This document shows, in pieces, positions 1-8,610 of a stretch of 32,711 nt of DNA. Under the pieces are notes generated by a model. The model was not told the DNA's origin. It did no database searches and saw only the letters and a list, made by a program, of their open reading frames with translations. The position numbers and the translations under genes are program-made. Within the stretch, counting starts at the first letter, position 1. Each line of letters starts with the position of its first letter. Source of the stretch: Methanobacteriota archaeon (GTDB lineage Archaea > Thermoplasmatota > E2 > DHVEG-1); assembly GCA_026394435.1 (NCBI GenBank), contig JAPKYG010000037.1, positions 1-32,711 of the forward strand. Reading direction: 5' to 3'.

Positions 1-1584
1 TTACCATATGTTGTATACGCGGACGATAGCCTCTATACCTGTTCCCAGGATTCCAATGAAAAAATAAAGGAGAAAATCAAAGAACTTGGACTGAATCGCA
101 TTGTAATTGCATCATGTACACCGCGAACCCATGAGCCATTGTTCCAGGATACACTCCGTGAGGGAGGGCTCAATCCTCATCTTTTCGAGATGGCTAATAT
201 TCGTGATCAGAATTCATGGGTGCATAAAAACAATCCACAGAGTTCGACAGAAAAAGCTATTGATGCGGTGCGGATGGCGGTTGCAAAAGCATCGGATTTG
301 TCCCCTATCCACCATTCGAAAATCCCTGTTGTTAACCATGCACTTATTATTGGTGGCGGGATCGCAGGGATGCATGCAGCATTGTCCATTGCAGACCAAG
401 GATATGAAACAACCCTTGTGGAAAAAGAACCAATACTCGGTGGTCATCTAAGAGACATTTATCTTGGCATCAATGGGGAGAAACCACAAGAGCATCTGAA
501 CGAGACAATTGCACGAGTAAAGAGCCATTCGAAAATCCACGTGTTCACCGATACGACGGTAACGAACATTTCTGGGTACGTCGGGAATTTTAAGTCCCAG
601 TTGATAACAAAAGAGAAAAAGACACCTACCGAAGTTGAACATGGAGTAACTGTGGTAGCAACCGGCGGTCTTCCCTACAAACCTGTTGAATATCAGTACG
701 AAAAAAGCGATGATATCATCACCCAGACCGAGTTTGAAAAAGACCTCTATGAGGAAAAACCGTATCTTAAAAATCTAAAGGAAGTCGCGATGATTCAATG
801 TGTCGGCTCACGAAACGATGATCATCCGTATTGCAGTCGGGTGTGCTGCTCGCAGGCGCTGAAAAACGCACTTCGCTTCAAAGAGCTGAATCCGGATGCA
901 GCTGTCTATGTGTTGTACCGCGATATTCGGACCTACGGGTTCCGTGAAGACCTGCTGTATCAAAAGGCTCGGAAGAACGGGATTTTATTTATCCGATATA
1001 ACGATGATGATGAGCCAAAAGTGACGCTTGAGGAGGGAAAACCTTTAGTGAAAACAAAGGAACATATCCTCAATAGAGAGCTGCATTTGCATCCCGATAA
1101 ACTCGTGCTTAGCACCGGGATCATCCCACAGGATAACACCACCCTTGCACAGCAATTGAAGGTACCATTAAACGAGGACTTGTTCTACTCGGAAGCTCAT
1201 GTGAAGTTACGTCCGATTGATTTCTCTGCTGACGGGATTTTCCTCTGCGGCCTTGCGCATTCACCACGATTCATCGAAGAATCTATTCTTCAAGCAAAGG
1301 CAGCTGGCGCCCATGCAGCAACAATTCTTTCGAAGAAGTATCTTGAGACCAAAGGTAACATCGCTCGAGTGATATCCCGGAATTGTGCTGGGTGCCAACT
1401 CTGCGTGGAGATGTGTCCGTATGACGCAATCACATTTGATGAAGAGAAAAAAGTGGTGGTTATTAATGAAATTCTGTGTCAGGGGTGTGGTGCGTGTTGT
1501 GTTGTATGCCCAAGTGGTGTTTCGCAGCAGAATACGTTTACGAAACGTCAGATTGTTTCTATGATTGATGCGTGTCTGGAGTAA
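1..1584 (+). CDS. hdrA: Heterodisulfide reductase subunit A-like flavoprotein (5'-truncated by window edge)
   Basis: Frame is open from base 1 (LPYVVYADDSLYTCSQDS...IVIASCTPRTHEPLF). It has the GGGIAG FAD motif, the CVGSR..YCSRVCC cluster motif, EAHVKLRP and a C-terminal 2x CxxCxxCxxxCP ferredoxin. Confidence 0.93.
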   Translation, partial: LPYVVYADDSLYTCSQDSNEKIKEKIKELGLNRIVIASCTPRTHEPLFQDTLREGGLNPHLFEMANIRDQNSWVHKNNPQSSTEKAIDAVRMAVAKASDLSPIHHSKIPVVNHALIIGGGIAGMHAALSIADQGYETTLVEKEPILGGHLRDIYLGINGEKPQEHLNETIARVKSHSKIHVFTDTTVTNISGYVGNFKSQLITKEKKTPTEVEHGVTVVATGGLPYKPVEYQYEKSDDIITQTEFEKDLYEEKPYLKNLKEVAMIQCVGSRNDDHPYCSRVCCSQALKNALRFKELNPDAAVYVLYRDIRTYGFREDLLYQKARKNGILFIRYNDDDEPKVTLEEGKPLVKTKEHILNRELHLHPDKLVLSTGIIPQDNTTLAQQLKVPLNEDLFYSEAHVKLRPIDFSADGIFLCGLAHSPRFIEESILQAKAAGAHAATILSKKYLETKGNIARVISRNCAGCQLCVEMCPYDAITFDEEKKVVVINEILCQGCGACCVVCPSGVSQQNTFTKRQIVSMIDACLE

Positions 1585-1590
1585 GAGAAT

Positions 1591-2040
1591 ATGAGTGAAG
1601 AAAAAAAGGACCATAAGAAGGAAGACTTCGAACCAAAGATCGTCGGGTTCCTCTGCAACTGGTGTAGTTACGCGGGTGCTGACCTTGCTGGGACGAGCCG
1701 TATCCAGTATCCGCCGAACGTCAGGATTATTCGAGTGATGTGCTCCGGATCTGTTGATTCTATGTACATTCTGCGTGCATTGCTCGAGGGTGCTGATGGC
1801 GTGTTTGTCGGTGGCTGTCACCCGGGTGATTGTCATTACATTGATGGGAATTACAAGGCGCGACGACGTATGGTGTTACTCGAAAATATCCTCGGTACAT
1901 TAGGCTTAGAGAAAGAGCGAGTATGGCTGCGATGGATCTCTGCATCTGAAGGTCAGAAGTTTGCTGACACAATGAAAGAAATGACTGAGGCGGTGAGGAA
2001 ACTAGGACCCAGTCCAATCGCTAAACACTGGAATCTTTAA
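1591..2040 (+). CDS. mvhD: Hydrogenase iron-sulfur subunit MvhD/FlpD ([2Fe-2S])
   Basis: [37 protein letters not shown] and WISASEG motifs. Confidence 0.95.
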   Translation: MSEEKKDHKKEDFEPKIVGFLCNWCSYAGADLAGTSRIQYPPNVRIIRVMCSGSVDSMYILRALLEGADGVFVGGCHPGDCHYIDGNYKARRRMVLLENILGTLGLEKERVWLRWISASEGQKFADTMKEMTEAVRKLGPSPIAKHWNL

Positions 2041-2056
2041 TGGAGGATGAAAAAAA

Positions 2057-3178
2057 ATGACGCACAAAGTAATCAAGGTCAAGGACAATGACGTAGTAGG
2101 ATCAACCAATGATTTCTTGAGAAATCTCCTTTCATCAGGGAAAATCCAGGCGTTATTGGTTCCGCAAAATACTCCATCGAAAAAAGTTGCATTTCCTGTG
2201 CTGATTTCTGATCCGAAGAAGTTTCACGCTGATATTGTTGCCCCGATTCTTCCTGCGTCTACCGCTACAATTGTGTCGAAGATGACCAAGGTGCAGCCAC
2301 CATCAAAACCCATCGGGGTTGTCATGCGGTCCTGTCAGATCCGAGCCCTTATCGAACTGGTAAAGTTGAATCAAGCGAGCCTTACGAACATCGTGATCAT
2401 CGGAGTCGATTGCCCTGGTACGTTTCCTATAAACACGTATACCGAGTTCCCTGAAAAGAAAACACCAACGCAGTTCCTACTTGAAGCCTGGACGAAGAAA
2501 TCCGATGAAGCAGAAAAATATTTCCGCTCCGCCTGCCGTGTCTGCAAAGACCCGATTCCGACAAACGCAGATATTATTCTTGGATTCTATGGTGCCGATA
2601 TTGAAAAAGAAATTATAGTTGAGGCACACTCCGAGGTAGGAAAGAACATTCTGAAAGAATTACCCCTCGAGGATGAAGAAGAATGGAAAAGTCGGGAGAA
2701 AGCAGTCAAAGAACTCCGTGAAGAAAAGGCCAAGAAACGTGCGGTATTCCTCAAAGAAAAAGAGGGACTCAAAGGGATTGATAAGGTCTCTGAGTTTTTT
2801 GATAAATGCGTCAACTGTCATAACTGCCGGCAGGCATGTCCGATTTGTTACTGTAAAGAGTGTTTGTTTGACTCATCAGTGTTTGACGCGGAGGCGTACA
2901 AGTTCCTTCGCAGAGCAGAAATCAAAGGGTTGTTTAAAATGCCGAACGATGCGTTGTTATTCCAGCTCGGACGAATGAACCATATGATTCTTTCTTGTGT
3001 GGAGTGTGGGTTATGTGAACAGGCATGCCCCAATAATATTCCGCTCATGGATGTGTTTATCCCCGCTGCAGAGAACGCGCAGAAAGAATTCGACTATCAG
3101 CCCGGGAAGGATATCAAAGAGAAGATCCCGATGATTGTGTATCGGGAGGATGAGTTCTTGGAGGTAGGAGAAAAATAA
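2057..3178 (+). CDS. FdhB/FrhB-family (formate dehydrogenase/F420 hydrogenase beta-like) Fe-S protein
   Basis: CQIRALIELVK..IIGVDCPGT (FrhB/FdhB C-terminal domain-like), CVNCHNCRQACPICYCKEC and CVECGLCEQACP; GGAGG SD upstream. Confidence 0.8.
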   Translation: MTHKVIKVKDNDVVGSTNDFLRNLLSSGKIQALLVPQNTPSKKVAFPVLISDPKKFHADIVAPILPASTATIVSKMTKVQPPSKPIGVVMRSCQIRALIELVKLNQASLTNIVIIGVDCPGTFPINTYTEFPEKKTPTQFLLEAWTKKSDEAEKYFRSACRVCKDPIPTNADIILGFYGADIEKEIIVEAHSEVGKNILKELPLEDEEEWKSREKAVKELREEKAKKRAVFLKEKEGLKGIDKVSEFFDKCVNCHNCRQACPICYCKECLFDSSVFDAEAYKFLRRAEIKGLFKMPNDALLFQLGRMNHMILSCVECGLCEQACPNNIPLMDVFIPAAENAQKEFDYQPGKDIKEKIPMIVYREDEFLEVGEK

Positions 3179-3179
3179 T

Positions 3180-3845
3180 ATGGATGTCATTGATTCCCGC
3201 AAGGTTGACCCGAGTTTCAAGTTTCAGATAGCAAAAGAAGAGGGCGGCGAAGGTATTCTGAAATGTTTCGCGTGTGGTGCCTGTACCGCTCGTTGCCCTG
3301 AGATGGATGTCAAACCAGAGTGGAACGCGCGAGTCATCATCCGGAAAGCACTGCTTGGGTTGAAAGAAGAAGTGCTTACGAGCGAGTTTTTCTGGATCTG
3401 CAGCGCGCATTATCGTTGTTTGGAGAAATGCCCGCAGAAGGTGAATGTAAAAGAGGTAATGAATGCGGTGCGGGACGCCCGGCTTCTTGAGGAACAAACC
3501 GAGGACGTCACAGGGAAGAAGACGAAGAAATACCTTGATTTGGATTTCAAATACACAATTACGCAGAGCAAGTCTGGGAAAGACCTCTATGAGTGTTTCT
3601 CCTGCGGTACGTGTACAGCAGGATGTCCGGAGCGGGAGCTTGATTCGCTCTATTCACCACGCAAAGTGATCAAGAATGTGTTACTTGGGATGAAGGACCC
3701 TGTGTTCTGTAATAAGTTTGTTGAAATTTGTTCGTCTCATCATCGGTGTTTCACTCAATGCCCACAAGGGGTGGAGATCCCGAAGTTGATGAATGCGATT
3801 AAAAACATTGCAATGAAAGAAGGGTACAATCGAACAACAAAATAG
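3180..3845 (+). CDS. hdrC: Tandem-duplicated HdrC-like Fe-S protein
   Basis: Two roughly 110-aa repeats, each with CFxCGxCTAxCP and CxxHxRCxxxCPQ; VDPSFK/LDLDFK N-terminal motifs typical of HdrC. Confidence 0.8.
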   Translation: MDVIDSRKVDPSFKFQIAKEEGGEGILKCFACGACTARCPEMDVKPEWNARVIIRKALLGLKEEVLTSEFFWICSAHYRCLEKCPQKVNVKEVMNAVRDARLLEEQTEDVTGKKTKKYLDLDFKYTITQSKSGKDLYECFSCGTCTAGCPERELDSLYSPRKVIKNVLLGMKDPVFCNKFVEICSSHHRCFTQCPQGVEIPKLMNAIKNIAMKEGYNRTTK

Positions 3846-3852
3846 AAGACCT

Positions 3853-6800
3853 ATGGTAAAAAAATCTGATACGATCGGAGCTGTTGCTGTTGTCGGCGGT
3901 GGCATCGCCGGAGTACAGGCAGCTCTCGATCTCGCTGACATGGGATACAAAGTCTATGTACTCGAGAAATCACCGACTATCGGCGGTGTCATGGCCCAGC
4001 TTGATAAGACATTCCCGACAAATGATTGTTCGATGTGCATTCTGTCCCCGAAGCTTGTCGATTGTGCTCGTCATCAAAACATTGAGATTCTTACGAACGC
4101 GGTGGTAGAAGGTATCGAAGGGAACCCAGGGAATTTTACTGTAAAGGTACTGAAAAAACCGCGATATATTGACCTAGAGAAATGTACCTCGTGCGGGAGC
4201 TGTGAGGCGGTCTGTCCTGTTTCTCAGCCGAATGCGTTTGAATATGGTCTTGTGAAACGCAAGGCTATCTACAAGCCGTTCCCGCAGGCGATCCCGAATG
4301 CGTATGTGATCGATAAGGAAGGCGATGGGAAGCATCGCGGTTGTGTCGATTGCATGCGGTGTGTCAAAGAGTGTAAGTCTGGTGCGATTAACCATGAGCA
4401 GAAAGCTGAGCAACTCAGCTTTCCAGTTGGCGCGGTGATTATCGCTGCTGGTTCTCCACCGTTTGACCCCGTGGTGAAACCCGAGTTCGGGTACAAAAAA
4501 TACAAGAATGTGTTGACGAGTGTCGAGTTCGAAAGAGTCTTATCAGCATCGGGGCCAACGCAGGGGAAGATCCTGCGACCGAGCGACCAGAAGCATCCGA
4601 CGAAGGTCGCCTGGGTGCATTGTGTCGGCTCCCGTGACGCCTCCGAGAACCACGAGTATTGGTCTGCGATGTGCAGTATGTATACCGCAAAGGAAGCAAT
4701 CATTGCTAAGGAGCATGCTTCCGATATTGAGCCGACGGTGTTCTACATCGATGTCCGTTCGTATGGCAAGGATTTTGATAAATACATTAATCGAGCAAAA
4801 AAAGACTACGGACTTCGCTATGTTCGCTCACGGATCTCTGAGATTACCGAAGACCCGAAAACAAGGGACCTTCTCATAAAATACGAGGATGACAAAGGAG
4901 ACTTCAAAGAAGAAACATATAATCTGGTTGTACTATCAGTTGGGTTGTGTGGCGCTGGTGAAAAACGCAACGAGTTGATGGACACCCTTGGGTTTGATGC
5001 CAATGAGTTCAAATATGTGCGTACGAGTGCGGATGATCCAGTGGTTATCAAACCAGGGATTTTTGTCGCAGGCTCTTTCCTGGAACCGCAGGCGATCCCT
5101 GAATCGGTGATGCAGGCATCTGCAGCAGCGGCAAACGCAGCTGCATTGTTGAAGGATTCACGGGGTACACTTGTGAAAGAAAAAAAGTACCCAGCGGAGA
5201 AGGATGTGTCTGCTGAGAAACCCCGTATTGGGGTGTTTCTCTGTCACTGTGGTATCAACATCGGTGGTTATGTGGATGTCCCTGCAGTGGCTGAATATGT
5301 AAAATCATTAGAGGATGTCGCCTTTGTCGAGGCAAACATTTACACCTGTTCTGAGGATACGCAGAAGAAGATTGTCGAGGCGATTAAGAAATACGATTTG
5401 AATCGTATCTTGGTTGCTGCGTGTACTCCTCGGACGCATGAGCCGTTGTTCCAGAAAAGCTTACGGGATGCGGGGTTGAATCCGTATTTGTTGGAGATGA
5501 CGAATATTCGAGAGCAGTGTTCCTGGGTTCATATGGATGAGCCAGCCAAAGCAACTGAGAAGGCAAAGCAGTTAATCGCAATGACAGTTGCGAAAACAAG
5601 GTTCCTGCAACCGATTCAAGAAGCTGAGATCCCAGTTGTACAGAAAGCATTGGTCATTGGTGGTGGGATCGCAGGTATGACTGCGGCGTTGTCTCTTGCT
5701 GATCAGGGATATGAGACTGTTTTGGTAGAAAAAGAACGCCAGCTTGGTGGGTACTTACATAAGGTGTACTATACCGTTGATGGTCTTGACATCCCACGAT
5801 TACTGAAGGAGATGACTGAGAAGGTTCAGAAACATCCTCTTATAAAAGTGCATACCGGCTCACAGGTGAAATCCTTAAAGGGGTATGTGGGAAGCTACGA
5901 ATCTGAGATTCAAACACCGACAGAGGTCGTACCCTTTTCTCATGGCGTGATCATTGTGACTGTTGGTGCTGACGAATACAAACCACACACGTATCATTAC
6001 GGGAAAGATCCCCGGGTGTTGACGCAATCAGAGCTGGAAAAAGACCTTAGTGAAAGCACAAAAGAAGATATCCATGATGGAGAGACGTTCGTGATGATCC
6101 AGTGCGTGGAGTCCCGTGATGAGAAACGGCCGTACTGTAGCAGGATTTGTTGCATGCAGGCGGTAAAAAACGCCCTGAAGATCAAGGAGTTGAACCCACG
6201 AGCTGAAGTATTTCTCTTGTATCGCGATTTAATGACATATGGGTTTAAAGAAAAATTCTATAAAGACGCAAGAGAAAAAGGTGTGATGTTCCTGCAGTAT
6301 GATCCTGAGAAAAAACCAGAGGTCGAGGTGAAGAACGGTCTTGTCGTGAAGATTCATGAACCAATGCTGGGGGAACTGTTAAAGATACCTACTGATCATC
6401 TTATTCTTTCGACCGGACTACAGCCGAATCCTGACAACTCAGTGATAGGCAAGCTACTGAAGGTTCCGGTGAACGACGACGGATTCTTCCTTGAGGCACA
6501 TGTGAAACTGCGACCTGTTGATTTTTCGACGCGTGGTGTGTTTGTCGCCGGGAACTGTCATGTGCCGAAGTTTATCAGTGAATCGATTTATCAGGCGCAG
6601 GCTGCTGCAGCACGTGCAGCAACGATTCTGTGTAAACCTACTTTGAAGGCAGAACCAAATGTGGCTTTTGTTGATGATGACCTCTGCAGCGGGTGCAGTA
6701 TTTGTATTTCGGTATGTCCGTATAACGCGATTGAGCGTGTCGAAGAAGAAATCAACGGTAAAAAAGTGATACATGCGAAGATCAACGAAGGGTTGTGTCA

Positions 6801-6903
6801 AGGCTGTGGGACTTGCGTGAGTGCCTGTCCGAGTAGTGCGATTCAGCAACGTGGGTTTAAGGATAAACAACTGCTTCCGATGATTGACGAGATAATTCGA
6901 TAA
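3853..6903 (+). CDS. hdrA: Large HdrA-like flavoprotein with two FAD modules (1016 aa)
   Basis: Two GGGIAG motifs, LDKTFPTNDCSMC, inserted ferredoxin, CHCGINI/YTCS/ACTPRTHE domain and C-terminal ferredoxin. Confidence 0.93.
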   Translation: MVKKSDTIGAVAVVGGGIAGVQAALDLADMGYKVYVLEKSPTIGGVMAQLDKTFPTNDCSMCILSPKLVDCARHQNIEILTNAVVEGIEGNPGNFTVKVLKKPRYIDLEKCTSCGSCEAVCPVSQPNAFEYGLVKRKAIYKPFPQAIPNAYVIDKEGDGKHRGCVDCMRCVKECKSGAINHEQKAEQLSFPVGAVIIAAGSPPFDPVVKPEFGYKKYKNVLTSVEFERVLSASGPTQGKILRPSDQKHPTKVAWVHCVGSRDASENHEYWSAMCSMYTAKEAIIAKEHASDIEPTVFYIDVRSYGKDFDKYINRAKKDYGLRYVRSRISEITEDPKTRDLLIKYEDDKGDFKEETYNLVVLSVGLCGAGEKRNELMDTLGFDANEFKYVRTSADDPVVIKPGIFVAGSFLEPQAIPESVMQASAAAANAAALLKDSRGTLVKEKKYPAEKDVSAEKPRIGVFLCHCGINIGGYVDVPAVAEYVKSLEDVAFVEANIYTCSEDTQKKIVEAIKKYDLNRILVAACTPRTHEPLFQKSLRDAGLNPYLLEMTNIREQCSWVHMDEPAKATEKAKQLIAMTVAKTRFLQPIQEAEIPVVQKALVIGGGIAGMTAALSLADQGYETVLVEKERQLGGYLHKVYYTVDGLDIPRLLKEMTEKVQKHPLIKVHTGSQVKSLKGYVGSYESEIQTPTEVVPFSHGVIIVTVGADEYKPHTYHYGKDPRVLTQSELEKDLSESTKEDIHDGETFVMIQCVESRDEKRPYCSRICCMQAVKNALKIKELNPRAEVFLLYRDLMTYGFKEKFYKDAREKGVMFLQYDPEKKPEVEVKNGLVVKIHEPMLGELLKIPTDHLILSTGLQPNPDNSVIGKLLKVPVNDDGFFLEAHVKLRPVDFSTRGVFVAGNCHVPKFISESIYQAQAAAARAATILCKPTLKAEPNVAFVDDDLCSGCSICISVCPYNAIERVEEEINGKKVIHAKINEGLCQGCGTCVSACPSSAIQQRGFKDKQLLPMIDEIIR

Positions 6904-6939
6904 ATTAGGAGAATGTTGTTTTTTAGAAGTTACTTTCCA

Positions 6940-6950
6940 CCTTAAAAAAT
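6940..6950 (+). repeat. 11-bp direct repeat CCTTAAAAAAT, copy 1 (overlaps radical SAM stop codon)
   Basis: Identical to 8534-8544; low complexity. Confidence 0.45.
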
Positions 6951-8339
6951 TTTAAAAAACCTGCGCAATCCAAGTTGGAGAATTCGGGGGTCATGATTAC
7001 GAAGTGCATAATTGATTTCTCGAATCCAATAACGAGGATTTGAATAGAAAGAAAAATAAGCATTCCTACAAAAATTATCAATTTCCTTTGAGTCATATAA
7101 CGCTAAACCTCTCCGTTTATCACTCTTTACCGTAGATTCCTCAGGGTTTATTTTTCCTTGTTTTACTGCTTGTTTCCAAAGTGGTGTTCCAGCGAGATAT
7201 TGTAAATGATTAAATAAAACATGATCAATGGATAATGATTTTGCAAACCTAATAGTATTTTCCATTTGTTTTTTTGTTTCAATAGGAGCCCCAAGAATAA
7301 AGTTTACGTCTAATAAAAACCCCATTTCCTTACTTAGTTTGACTGTTTTTCGTACTTGTTCTATTGTGATTTTTTTATTGTATAAATCAAGTATCTCTTG
7401 ATTACCTGATTCAATTCCAAATGAAATAAGTTCGACTCCAGCATCTCGCATCTTCTGATATAATTTCTTATCTGCTGAGTCTATACGCGTGTCAAGAATC
7501 CACAGTGAAATATCGTACTGCTGTTTGATGATGTGATCCATTATATATTCTGCTTTTTTCTTATCCGCAAGAAAATTATCGTCTGCAAAAGCGATTGAGT
7601 TATATCCTGCGAGAACTAACTCATCAATTTCTTTAATGGAATTTGTTGCAGAGCGCGCCCTGTAATGTGTAAAACAGGTTATTTGACAAAATGTACAGCG
7701 ATTAGGACAGCCACGTGAACTAATAAGAGAGGTGACCTTCCCTTTCATGGTTTTTTTTCCATAAATATAACCATACTCATATTTCTTTACAAGATGGCGC
7801 GAGGGAAACGGTAGGTTATCAAGATTCATTATCTGTTCGTTTGATTTTGTCTTATGAATTTCACCGTTTTGTTGAAAGATTAACCCAGGGATTGACGAAA
7901 GCTCTCCTTTTCCTTCAAGAGCTTCTAGAAGAGGACCGATGATATATTCACCTTCTCCTTGTACACAGATATCAGCATGATGGTCACGGAGCGTTTGTTC
8001 AGGAAAAAACATACAATGCGGACCACCAACGATGATAGGAATATCGGGAGAGAATTGTCTGATTTTATTCGCTATTGTTATTGAATTTTGAAATTCTCTT
8101 GGCTCACTAAAAATAGTCATTCCAATTGCATCAGCAGAATGAACAGCTTTCTGTATAGTGGTATCGTCAAAGCTTTCTGCATTATAATCAATGATTTCAA
8201 CTGAATGGCCTTGGAGCTCAACCATTCTCGCCAGATATAGCAATCCAAGCGGAGGAAGAAATGCATTCGGTTGCTTATTATGGATATTAGAAGAAATATA
8301 AAATCTTCCTGTTGAAGGAAAGATACATAGTAGCTTCAT
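6942..8339 (-). CDS. B12-binding domain radical SAM protein (class B methyltransferase-like)
   Basis: PPLGLLYLA, VGGPH and GEGE (B12-binding domain); SRGCPNRCTFC CxxxCxxC; DDNF; GIESG. Confidence 0.9.
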   Translation of the reverse strand: MKLLCIFPSTGRFYISSNIHNKQPNAFLPPLGLLYLARMVELQGHSVEIIDYNAESFDDTTIQKAVHSADAIGMTIFSEPREFQNSITIANKIRQFSPDIPIIVGGPHCMFFPEQTLRDHHADICVQGEGEYIIGPLLEALEGKGELSSIPGLIFQQNGEIHKTKSNEQIMNLDNLPFPSRHLVKKYEYGYIYGKKTMKGKVTSLISSRGCPNRCTFCQITCFTHYRARSATNSIKEIDELVLAGYNSIAFADDNFLADKKKAEYIMDHIIKQQYDISLWILDTRIDSADKKLYQKMRDAGVELISFGIESGNQEILDLYNKKITIEQVRKTVKLSKEMGFLLDVNFILGAPIETKKQMENTIRFAKSLSIDHVLFNHLQYLAGTPLWKQAVKQGKINPEESTVKSDKRRGLALYDSKEIDNFCRNAYFSFYSNPRYWIREINYALRNHDPRILQLGLRRFFKIF

Positions 8340-8342
8340 TCT

Positions 8343-8480
8343 TCATCGCACCCCATATAAAGAAATATGGCACGGTATTGAAACAGGATATCGTTCGATT
8401 TTGTACCATAAGATGTATATGATTAAATATAAAAAGCTGATAAGTAGAATAATTCTTTTTTTGTGAAAAGTTTTTCTCAT
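8343..8480 (-). CDS. Putative 45-aa small membrane peptide MRKTFHKKRIILLISFLYLIIYILWYKIERYPVSIPCHISLYGVR
   Basis: Hand-translated ORF below the track cutoff. GGGGGCGG SD-like run 6 nt upstream, TATA/BRE about 45 nt upstream, stop 3 nt before the radical SAM ATG. Confidence 0.45.
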   Translation of the reverse strand: MRKTFHKKRIILLISFLYLIIYILWYKIERYPVSIPCHISLYGVR

Positions 8481-8520
8481 ATTCGTCCGCCCCCATTTTA
8501 ATAAATTTGAACATCCGTTC

Positions 8521-8537
8521 CTTTATAAAATTTCCTT
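8521..8537 (-). promoter_or_regulatory. Archaeal BRE/TATA promoter for small ORF plus radical SAM gene
   Basis: Minus strand AAGGAAATTTTATAAAG. Confidence 0.5.
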
Positions 8538-8544
8538 AAAAAAT
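8534..8544 (+). repeat. 11-bp direct repeat CCTTAAAAAAT, copy 2
   Basis: Identical to 6940-6950. Confidence 0.45.
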
Positions 8545-8610
8545 AAGACTCTTGGGTAACAGTCAATATATATTAGAAAAGAAATTACACCAAACTTGGA
8601 GGAATACCAT

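Noticed and set aside
4660-4662. Selenocysteine or genetic-code reassignment in hdrA/mvhD
   Set aside because: The codon is TGG, not TGA. No in-frame stops interrupt conserved genes, and the usual Sec positions are Cys.
8287-8514. 75-aa ORF from the track upstream of the radical SAM gene
   Set aside because: Its TTG/ATG start region lies too close to the TATA box, it overlaps the radical SAM gene by 53 nt and it has no motif. The 45-aa ORF fits the SD and spacing better.
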